NCBI GenBank assembly: GCA_963924565.1
Contig: OZ004610.1
Coordinates: 29,450,001 to 29,514,000, forward strand
Direction of reading: 5' to 3'
Source of the DNA: Ascidiella aspersa
Lineage: Eukaryota
Length of the DNA: 64,000 nucleotides
The notes under the pieces: generated by a model
What the model saw: the letters and a program-made list of their open reading frames with translations, nothing else
Told to the model about the DNA's origin: nothing
Database searches by the model: none
Shown: positions 13,101-25,100 of the stretch, piece after piece
Position numbering within the stretch: the stretch's first letter is position 1
Layout of the letters: each line of letters begins with the position of its first letter
Program-made: the position numbers and the translations under genes

Positions 13101-16100
13101 CACAAGCAATGGGGAATAGTGCTTGACCGCCAATTAACGGTGACTGACAATTAGCGGACAATGGTCAGGGCACTTGCTTCTTCCGGCCATTGGCCCCTTA
13201 TCTTGCTGCAATACAACCCGCCGACAGTTAGTGCTACAACTTTTCTGATACAAAGTGACTGACACAAGATTAAGTAAATACCGCGCCGCCTCGAAAGCAA
13301 ATATCACGCCGAACATTTGATATCAATGGAGGCCTTTCTTTTCTGCCTGATTTATCTTAAACCATAGTTAATAGCCGCGAATCTTAAAATATGCATATAT
13401 ATTTAAAGTAATGTGTCTGTTTACTAATCCTTGCCCTATTGCAGTCATCTGGTTAAACTATACGCAAAATTAAAAATGACCAAACCTTACGTTTTGTGCA
13501 TCTATTTATGAAATGTCATTTTCAACCTCATTTATAACCCTTATTTTACATTAACAATTTTATCCTGTGCTTCTTAACCTTTTGTTTATAGGAACAAAAC
13601 GCGATTTTCAATAAAAGTTGTGACGTTGGCATCTTAAAAAATTCAAAAGCAATTTTCTGTCGATTTGTTTTTATTCAAGGCTTTGTCTGCAGAAACTGTT
13701 CAAAACTCATTATTATCAGCTGCTCGATAAAAACGATCCACAATTTCGCAAATCGGCATCCGAACTACCGCGAGCGTTTGATTGCCAAACGACGAGTAAC
13801 AATAACAGAAAGGGGCATCGCTTTACAAAACAAACAAGACGACCCCCGACCGGCGCTCTGTACAATGGCCGACGCGGACCTTGGGTCATTCCTGAAGTAT
13901 CCGACACTTGTGTAAAGACCAGTTAACAAGGCCAGCCCGTAAAGTTCTTATTCTAATCTTTTGAACAGTTATTTTTTAAATCCCATGGTATAATTTTCGT
14001 AGTTTCTAGTAAAGATTAGTAGGCCGACTCGGCCGCTTTATAAGGCTCAGTTGACTTTTTGTGCTTTCAAAAGGGGAAGTAACAGCGTAAGAATATCCGG
14101 AATAGGCCGATTTTGTTAAGGCCATGTTAATTGGCCGTTTCTGCGCTACAGTATACACGGCTTAAGCACCAAGCTCGATGTTACAATGCCCGCTGTCGAT
14201 CACACTCTAAAAGAGCATGGTGAAGCAAAGCTGGGTAAATAGGCTTTTGGGCCGCGATTTCAGGGGCAATGTGTGGTAAAAAGGGAGGGATAAAGAACCA
14301 CGTTGGGGTCTCGAAGGCTGAATGAAAGATTAAATGTGACACTTTTTTTCACTTTGGAAACATCCGCGTTTAGCTGTATGGAAGAAAAGAGATGCGAAAT
14401 AAATTAAGCATTATAAAGTTCGTATGGCCTTTAAGATGATGACAGCAGGCTACACTTGCAAATATTTATCCTCCAGATTATTAGTGTGATGAGTTGGCTA
14501 AACAAAACAAAAACAACTTTGAAAACAGGTGGACAAAGTATATATCAAGAAAAAAACAGAACCATATTTCTCGCCCTGCATTGTTTATCTGGTGCACTCT
14601 AAGTCTGACGCGAACATACATCGTCACCAGACGCAATTCTACATAACTTTTCGGGCATAAAAGTCCTCAATGCCAGGCGCAACAATAGTAAGCGATTTGT
14701 TATCCCGCTTCTCGAGAGCAATATTGGCTATACAGCGATCCTTATCGTTTTCAAGCGTCAATAAACCGAAACGTAGTTTGAAAATGTCTGAATAATCTTC
14801 CCGACAAGTTTGTCTATTGAAATATAAATGCTACCTCTTGAAAATGAACTTTAATTAATCCCTGTTCTTCAGGGAAGATACTACCACAATATATTCCCCA
14901 TTTTGGAAAAAGTTGGAATCCCTGCTTTGAGAAGCAATGAGCAACACACCACAAGTCATTTCTTCGCATAACGCTATGTACTTTTAATGACTTTTGAGTT
15001 CTACTACAGCCTTAAAAAACTCTAAACTAGTAAAACGTAGCACAAAGGTGCACACAGAGCAAACTTGTACTAATCTTGCTACAGTAGTATACATAAATAT
15101 TAATAAGTAATAAATCGATATGCAGTCGATTTCTATGCTATTGACCTCTTCTTTAAAGAATTACTAACAATGGTTAATAAAGACTAAAAAAATATATGAC
15201 GACATCCTATAAATATTACCCTAGTCCCCTTTACTAAAAAAAAAAAAAAAACGAGAACCGAATAAGCCAAAAGTGCTCTGCCACTACGCTATAAGACCAC
15301 CCAGCAAATAGCTCGTGTGATGTGAACTGTATCGTTCAAACTCCGCGCCGCACTTAAACCGAAAGGCTTTTAATGAGCTCGCAGTCGGCGACGTTCGCTT
15401 TAAAGGCCAAATCCATCAATCGGCTGAATCGGTTGTTAAATATTTACGGTCAGACCGGGGCTTTCAATCGACGCAAAGGCATTGCTGTGGCGTATAAGGG
15501 AGCTGGGCGTGCACAAACGTGAGCGGCAGCGTTTGACTTTGACTTCTGACGGATTTTTACGACCGAATTGGATCGTAAATCGGCAAAGCAATCATAGCGC
15601 CGGGCGATTTTTATTGTTAAAGAAAGCGTGCACTGTTTGCACTCTGCATTGGGAATATGAAAAGTAACTATAACAGGATCCCGAAACCTGGTGATGCTTT
15701 GCTGCCCTGATTCAGAATACATCAAGACTAAGACAGCTTACGTACATTGTATTCTGTAGTTTTACCCGTAAATTAAAACCTGTAGTGTATTTCTAGCACA
15801 TTTTAATTACGCTAATACCAAATTATACTGTATAGTCATCACAGTTTGCCGAACTGACAACATTCAAAAATCTAACACTGAGGCCAAATAATGGATTATA
15901 GCCTTTGTTTATTTGGATTATGAACGCGCCTGTTCTCCTTTCAGCATGTTGATAACGAATAAAAGATATGTTTATCAAGTTCAAACAAGCAGAATTGATT
16001 TTCGCGTGGGCTTCACACTGCTTCAAAGTAAAAGTATAGTCCTTTCACAGCCCCGTGATTTGGAAATCGTTTAAGCTATGCAGACACCGATTGGCTGATG

Positions 16101-19100
16101 TGTAAAGTATATCTACTGTACGTACAACGAGAACAATCAAATATATCTCATGCTTCTACGACCTAGAGCACAAATAACAAGTTTCAAATAAAATCCACGG
16201 AGGGCGATGACTTAACGTTTAATCCCTAAAAGTCTACTGTCTTTCAAACTAAAAGTCTACTGTCTTTCAACTGTCAAAAACCGAAATAAATTTAGATATC
16301 TGTACAAAACGGTTCTTGAACTTTCTGGCGCCTATTCAAGCTTACTTGGCTTTGCTGAAAGTTCTTTTTTAAGTGAAATCAACTCTTTCGAAAACAAACG
16401 AATTTTGTTGATACCAAGTCATGACCGAGTTGTTTTACAGACGGGGTTCTACGTTCGCGTTGCGGTGTGTGTACTTTGTGCTTCGGGTCGGCTCGGACAC
16501 CTTGGAGTACCCGATTGAGTGAACTTGAAAACGCCGCTGGGTGCTTTTAATTGGCCTTGTTCAAGTAGTGGGGAGGGGGGCTGCGGTGGTTATTCAAGGC
16601 CTAAAACAATGCGCCCGGTTCAGGGCACAGGCGGACTGGCTTTTCGTCGATCAGAATCAACACAAGCTCTTTTTATTAAACGTATTGGAGTTTTGAAAGG
16701 CTATCTAACTGGCATAGCAAAGCAAGTCTGAAGTCGCGCGATTTAATCCTTGATATGCTTTTTGTTGAATGACGACTAATTTTGTTATACACCTGGATCT
16801 GTCCTGCGATGAGCACAAATCATTTTAATATTAAATTTTATTGAAGGGACCCCATTAACATGTTTAAAAAGCACTATGAAGCAACTTTTTTTTTCCTTTT
16901 TCCAAGGTATACTTAAGCAAGATATATGGTTTCTATTTTAATTTGAAAGGTAGCGAAAAGCAAACAAACTTCAAAGTCTTAAAAATTATTTACATTAAGG
17001 CCATTTTCAACATGCATTTCACAGATCTCCACCATCACCAACTCTTTTCTAAAACATCTATAAATCAAAAAATAAATATAAAGTCCTTGGTACCACTATA
17101 CAGCATGCAGTTTACCAACACATAAATCTAACTTGTAAAGCTTATTGTTTTTTATACCTTTGCAAACCCACTATATTTCAGATTTCTTGTGTTACCGTTT
17201 TTAAGTGTTCTACCTTAAAAAGTAAACCTCATAGCAAGCAGAAATTACCAATTGAAGTTAATTGAGCTCTTTGAACCTGACTTTGGCTAAAAACCTGGGA
17301 AATATTTTCATTAAACGTTTGAATTTCATAAATATTGTTTCTAGTCATATTAATGACGTCATTTGGTTCGGATCTAGGTACTTATTACCCAAACAATGGG
17401 GTAACGATCTTACAAAAAATAAGTGCATCGAACAGACCTAATCCTAGCTATGCAGGTACACACATGAGGTTATAGAGTTAAAGCTCCTACGGGAAACAAA
17501 TAAAGGGAAACTAAATGTAAAGCACAATGGCTTCGTAGCGCAATTGCGATTAAACGCTAACATGAAAATAAAGTTAGTTTAGATCGAGGGTTCCTGTTAA
17601 CTTAGCAATGTAACAAGTTGTTGGTGGTAAAAGGCTCGAACCAACGACCGAGCAAAAACCGGAATAAGCTCAGCTGACATGCGCATACTGAAAAGCGACG
17701 CACAACTCGTAATGTAGCGTAAATTAAAATCAATAAGCTACTGAAAACAAGACAACAAATGGATTCCAAAACCGATGTAAAACAGTGTCCATTCGATAAA
17801 AAAAAAACGATTTGAGACATACTTTAAACAAGATGCTTGCTTTAGCTCTCAAACAGCACTACCTTATTGCTCAGCAGTTAAAATTTATTTTATTTATTAG
17901 ACAACATGAATATAATTAACACACAAGATTTATTGATTCGAATGATCTTAATTTTAAAATAAAAACAAATTCGAGATATACTTTAAACAAGATGCTATAC
18001 TAAAAACAAAACAACAAATGGATTCCAAAACCAACGTGAAACTACGTCCATTCGATGAAAAAAAACGATTCGAGACAACTTTAAACAAGATGCTTGCTTT
18101 ATCTCTCAAACAGCACTAAGTTAACTGAAATCTCACTTCATACCCATAAACCTTATTGCTCGAGAGGACTATCGCCTGGAATGATTGGGCCCAGAGCCGA
18201 ACAGGCAAATCGTCCTTCACGAAAGCGCCAACGCACATATCGGCGCCGCGCGTTGGAGTGACGTAACAATAGACACGAGCGACTTCACGGTGGTTTTCAC
18301 AACATCGGGGCTAGGTGCCCGGGTACATTGTGGCGCGGCGGGGCCGGCGAGGTGTAAACAGCGTCGAACATGGGACAAGAGGTGCCTCGGTAGGCTTGGG
18401 TTACCTAGTGCCTAGAGTTGGGACGCCTACATGTAGTCGCGGGCCAACATCGATTAGGGAGCGGTTAGGAAAAAATGGGGTGTCGACAAAGTGGCTGAGA
18501 TCAACATTTAAACACGTTAGTATGGAAAGTAAACTGAAACTTGTGAAACTGAATGCAGCACCTTTGAGTCATGGTACAGACCTTATAACTTTCGCACTCT
18601 TAATTTTGTTGTCTACATTTTTTAAACAAAAACGCCAAATAGTTTTTAGCAAATCTAACATTGTATAGCGTTTGTAGAAGAAGAATCTACAGTACGACGG
18701 TTTACACGTCATTGCTTGAATTCCAGATTTAAATATTATTGATATATTTTGTAATGCTTTTAACGGCGTGGATTGCACTATCAGAAGTTTGTGGAGGTCG
18801 GTGTTTAAAATCTACCACAATGTAAATATAATAGGAGTATTCAGGCTATAATAGGGGTACAATATGTACATATATTTTATTGAATTAACCTACAAACATT
18901 TGCAGAGCGCTTTTTTGTTTAAAACCACCAGTGGCTAGCATGAGAACAATATAAATTTTAAAGTGAGTTTTGAAACAACATTTTAAGATCTCTGGCTAAC
19001 GCACGTACACCAGCAAACGCCGTCTAAGTTCTTGGACATTGTGGATAAGTACTTAAGGCTATAGACTCAAGTCGCTTGTGCGGCAAGGTATGTAGTCTTT

Positions 19101-22100
19101 TCTTCCAACTAGCATGAGCGTTATATGTTAGATACGCCAAAACACCCGGTTGCCCAGACGAGACGTTTCTATGACTGTCGTATAGCGGCCTCCAGCGGTA
19201 TAGGCTCGGAAGCCTGTCTTTCGTGGCCGACATAATATGTAGTGTAAAGTACAGTCATTATTTTGCCAAAAAGGAATTGTCAATACAGCAGCATAAGACC
19301 AAAAAGGAACAACAACATGAAACCCAAAGTTTTTAGTGCTTCAGAAGTCCCCAGTCACGAAATTCAGTGTTTTAGAGAAACAAACTGGGTCCTTAGTTGT
19401 GAAGCATGACCTTTTCACTGTGAATATGCAAATCATTGTGAAGTATACTGCTGTCCTTAAAAGCCATTTGTAATATATTGCGTTATGACCCTTGGTATTT
19501 TTTCCAGTTTGGTAACATCCTTCTCAATTGGCAGTTTCGCCCAGCAAAAGTTTATACTAACACACAGTATATGTGTGATTCCACCACACGTTGTACTCTG
19601 TATACTGTTTATGGAAGAAAACAAACTTTGCCATTAGATTAATTTTAATGGAATTCTTCTGCACAAGTCTAAGAAGACAATACCAAATGTTTCCACTACT
19701 TTAATACGCCGCTGTTTGTCCGGTGTCCATGTGCACATACTAACAATTGTACAATGGACACATGTGCAATAACGATTGAATAAACAAAACAAATGGTTCC
19801 AACTTACAACTCTGTATGATTGCCGTCGTTCATCTTCGACAGGCTTCCACTCTTCATAACGCTGAGTGGCTCTGAAAAGAAAAGTTGCAATAAAACCAAA
19901 AATTTCCAACATAGTTGGGCCAAAAATTTCCAGCTGCGAGTTCCCAGTATCTTGGGTCTAATTTTTTTTTTTACAACATGCGCATTGTCCAGATTATTAA
20001 ACTAAAGAATGCACAAATGGACCTTATGGGCAGGGCTGGGCAACGTACGGCCCGCGGGCCAGATCGGACTGCCAAAGCAAATCAACGGACCGCAAACTAT
20101 TTTACAAACTGGTTACGAGGTCATTCCTCATATTTTTGGTCTATTTCAACTTCCCAAAAGCAATTTTTATTTGCGGTTTGCGGTTTTATCCACGATTAAC
20201 AGTCATTGCGGTTGTTGTAATAAGAAAAATTAATTTCTATACAGTGTCTGGTCTATGACTGAGCCTGGTTTGACTGCAACTAGAAAAAGGTTGACAACGA
20301 TAAGACTGTTTTTGCTCTTCTGTTCCTCCTAACGTCAATATGAAGTTCGCGGAAGATCACTTTGCTCCGCCAAAGCTTTCTAACAACAACTTTTAGGCTA
20401 ATAACCGGCTTGACGTGACACATGTATTTTGTTTGACGTCAGTGGAACTCGCCTATCTTGCAAAATCAATAAAATTTACCAGACGCAAAAAACATAGTAA
20501 CGTAGGTAAATAAAAACTACAAACACTTTTTTATTTGATCGCATTCGCAGATAGAATTACGAAGAAACTTGAACCCGTTTTGTTTTAGGTGATGCTGGTT
20601 GGAAAATATTTGGGGCAGCACTTTTAATTGCCGCACGTATAGTAATAAAACCTTCGGCATTTTTTAGTCCGAATAAACAAATTTGGTCACTTTTTTTAAT
20701 CGCACGTGACGTAGCTCGAATAAAACTAATTTGGCTATTTTTTTGTTTCTACGTAGCTCAACGTAGCTTATAGGGGGAAAACTGATCTTAGGTGATATTA
20801 TTGTCGAATATTGATTATAGGTGAAGCATCTAGCTCTAGCAATTGAAGCGATATGTTGCAATATTACCAAAATATCAAATTACAATTCAAAGTATTTGTT
20901 ATTCCTAATTAAAACTGTAGAATAAATAACATAATTAGCAATGTCAAACGCTATGATGTGACGGCAATCGTTTGGTGTTGGTTCCAATAAAAAGTTTAGT
21001 TGTGAAATTTTGTTAATTGAAATTTATGAAGGTGTTTGTTCTCTTAGTACAGTGATTCTTAAAGTTTTGTTAACGCGGACCCCCTAAAAATGATTTTCCT
21101 TTTTGTGGACCAAGGTCAGCGTGGAATTTTGTAGAAATGAAGGATTTAAAAAAAGGCGCCAAAGCGTTTTTTCAGTTAAAACTCCGTTCTTTTACAAAAT
21201 ATTTAGATTTTGGGCTCAATGTACCGCCTAAAAAGGTCCACGTATCCCAAAGGGCCAAGAACCCCTGTCTTATTATATAAAAATATTCTAAAGTAAGGTG
21301 TTTAAAAAAATACTTGTCCAAAAAATTTATGAACTGACTTACTTAACATTTTCATCCTTTGCTTTTCATGCATTTTGCGATGCAGCTGTTGTTGGCGAAG
21401 CGCAACTGTGCTTCCCATGGCTAGATTTCCCTGTTGACTTGTGCTGCCCCCATGTGACCCGATGCCTTCTGTTCCATCACCATGAAAGGATTTCTATAAA
21501 AACACAACCTTTAAAAAAACAAGTGCAAAAACCTCGTTTAAAACACCTTATTAAAAGAAAACAATTTTAACCTTTTGTGACGTGTGTTTAAAGGTCTTTC
21601 AATTAGAAGCTTTAAAAGTTGTTTACAAAACTTATATAATGTATGAAATGCAGTCTTGCAACACAAGGTAACTACTGTGTTTTAGATAACAACAAAATGC
21701 AGTACCAAAAACACAAACAATTCTTTTTAACATGTCCAGGAAAAATAAAGTATTTTAAAATTTACAAAAACTAACTTAAAAAAATGTAATCTTGTTTAAA
21801 GGGTTAATCAAAAATTACAGAGAAAAACTAAAACCAGATATATCATTGTCCCTGTACCACATGCAATTGTTTATATAGTACCGGTACCTGCATCGAATAC
21901 AGATTGACTGGCAGTTCCAGGTGTAAAAGAGGCATGGTGATTTGTGTTTTTACTTTTGACTACATTTAAAGGTTAATCAATTCCGAGTTAGGCATAATAA
22001 ACAATTCCTGTCAAACAATATACCAATATTGGTGTATAGGAGTAATCAAAGGTAATGATAGTAACAACTAGAATGATTTAATTGTTTACCTAACACTAAA

Positions 22101-25100
22101 TTATTTTAAGTAACCTTCAGGTAAATTAAAACTGCTCCAGACCAAGCTACATAAAAACTATCGGTCACTCAGTTTGGTAATAGCGTACTTGCTAAAAAGA
22201 ACCTTGGTTAGACACTTGAGTTGTTATAATCCTAAATACAGCAGACACTAACTAATGGAAAAATAAAAACTAATTCTGCAACTAAGTTTTATCTCATAAT
22301 TCTCTTTTAATAACATACTGAACTTCAAACAAGCACTCCAGCAAACAGCATAATCAAAAAAGCATATAAAATTGCCTTGCGTCCCTGTATACGCCAAACC
22401 AAATACTCACAGTATCCACTTACAAGCATATTAGTTTCCAAGCAGCCGGCGACTTTTTAAATAAAAAGAGTGACCCGGCGACACAACAAACTTTTGTTCA
22501 GCCAAGAAGGCGTAATACGTCTAGGAAAGTCAAACCTCTTTAAAAACACACGGCAAAGGAATTGTTTGTTGTTCCTTTGTGCGATGACGATATCATCTGA
22601 ACTCTTTATCAAATAAGCGAACAAAGCCTGTCAGGCTGTGTGAGCTCAGGGTCTATTATCAGTGGCGAACCAATAATAGCATTAGGACAATTTAATTTCC
22701 TGTTGTTTTCCTACTGGTTTTCAGTGTGAATTAGTAAATCTATACCACTTTGTTTCAGGTTTAAACAACCTCACTGACTACGGAATGTCAGAACTAGTTA
22801 GTGATTGTGCAGATTGTTAACCAACTTCAAATAAATATGTTCTGCTTAGCAGATAATTACCTGACTTATAATACTGTCACATTCCTAAAATTAACAACTA
22901 TATAAAAATACAAAATACCTTACATCACAATGTATTAAGTCTTTTTTTCAATTTTCGGTTGATAGACATAAAATTGACAAAGCTTATAGTGTTTTTCATA
23001 GTTTTTATGAAACCTATACCAGGATTTTAAAGTCCCAATCAATCAGAAAAGATGGTATTTACAAGAACTTTTGTAAAAAAACACATTTCTAGACTTTTTC
23101 TATTTAACATTGAACTTATTCGCGAATGAATGCTCCTTTAACTGTTATTACTAAATATCACCCTAACCTAACCACTGCACACTAAATTATGCAATAAACT
23201 ACTTGCAATCAGATAATGTTTCACTTCGAACTGAAACATAAATACTTTCCATCCAAGGGAGCATTCAACCTTAAAGGACATCTTTCTTGTTTGAACAGCT
23301 ATCCCATGTGCTTTCAGGACAAAGGATTTCAAGTGTTAGGATGTCTATATGGGTCTAACTGCATGTAGGCTGTGTAATGTGTATCTACTCTAGTTAAACC
23401 TTCACAGCAACTCCCATTACTTTTTTAGGTTTGCTAATACAAGAAAACTTTTACAAATCTTTGTTTGGTTAACCATATCTGACTCAGGGTGAACCCAAAA
23501 CAGTTCATACCAGATAGAGGCCGCACTATTTCCTACCTGATGGCAATTTACTGACGCAAATATGTTTTAGTATGCTGGCTAATCTATAAAGAAGTATTAT
23601 TAAGTTGATAACTCAACTTATATCTAAGTCAAACATGTGTAACAACCTGGAAAGTTTTAGCATTGACAACTAACAGAATACAAATGAAGTTGATTGCAAT
23701 AATTTACTTACTGAGTTTCGAAGCCTGATACCCTTTGTCGAACCTGGAACTTTCATGTACCCTAGATTTGCTATAGGGACATTCAAAGAAGAGGGCAGGG
23801 CTACAAACGAATGGTGTTCAGGGATTCCTGACTTAGTTGATTCTGTGATGGAAAGTAAAAGCAATTATATTAAATGGAACATTTCGATAAGATTTAGGTT
23901 TTATTATAGTTTTTAAACGGAAAGTGTCTTTTTTTTATTTTTACCTCGATGCAACCTGCTTGTAGGATTCAAGTAGGACATTGATAACTTGTCTTGGTCA
24001 GAGCCAAAGCTAGATGAAGGGAGACCCAGGATGTCCAATGAACTCGAGTCCAGGGAAGATTTGAAGTGAGAAGGTGAAGAATTTGATCCTATAGATAATA
24101 TACAAAATTTTTGAAGATATATATTCAGGTATTTTTAACAGGACTTATAAATAAAAAATTTTTGGGGGGATTTTACAAACATCATACAAACACTGACCTG
24201 ATACTGAGCTTGTGTGAAATGAAAGACAGGGGGCCGTGTTTAACCCCATTCGTTGGCTCCAATTTAAGGCAGGTGAAAAGTTCCAGTCCTTTTTCTGGTT
24301 TGTTGGTCTTGCTTCCACACTGCATTTTTGCAAAATATAGTCGAAATTAATAGGTTTACATTGCCACAAGCCTAATATTATAAATCCTTAAATTCAAAAC
24401 CTTTGCTTAAATTGAATTAGAAAAAAACAAAAATCACCCGACAAGTATAAATAATAAATCTTATATTCACTTTTCAATATACTGCATTATTCCATTTTTT
24501 TGTTGCCAAATTTAAACAAATATTTGTATTAGTATTATGTATGGTCCAATAAAACCCAAACTGAATCAAAGCACAGATTTAATCCTTTTTTGTTTTATTA
24601 CTCAGGAAAAAAATCAGTTTTGAACCTTTTTATGGCCAAAGTACCTTAAATTGACAATGGTTGGAGTCGAAAGTCTTGCCGGAATCGTGAAGCCTATTTT
24701 TCCACCACAAGAGATTACTGGTGAAAGGTCGCGGAAGGTAAAGTTTTGCTTCAGTGAGAATACATGTGGACTCTGAGGTGGTGGATTGGAAAGAAAGGTT
24801 TGGGCTTTTCGACTTTGATCATTGCAGCTGAAATGACAAAAATAATTTTACTAAGTGTAAAACATGCGTTAGGTGATCGTTTTAAACCAGTAAATGTTCT
24901 ACAAGAATGAATTGTAACTCACGAATCTGATTTAGCTTCTATATTAAGGTCTCCGTCGGGTTGAATAACTTCATTAGATGGAGAATCACTTAGCTTGTTG
25001 CTGCTACCACCACTAGACTTGAATGAAGAAGAGCTGTTGTAACGAAATAAAACAAGAAGTCAAAATAACTAAAAAAAAACAATAAAATGTAAAAATGTGC

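Noticed and set aside
18185-18668. GC-rich block with short ORFs on both strands
   Set aside because: No frame/phase-consistent exon and no recognisable product.
19024-19233. 69 aa ATG-initiated ORF as an extra first exon for the giant exon
   Set aside because: A phase-1 donor (A|GTACTT) exists but is weak; insufficient support.
23270-23583. Additional exons of the C8orf89-like gene
   Set aside because: The main acceptor tested gave an in-frame stop and the others were not convincing; the chain is phase-complete without them.
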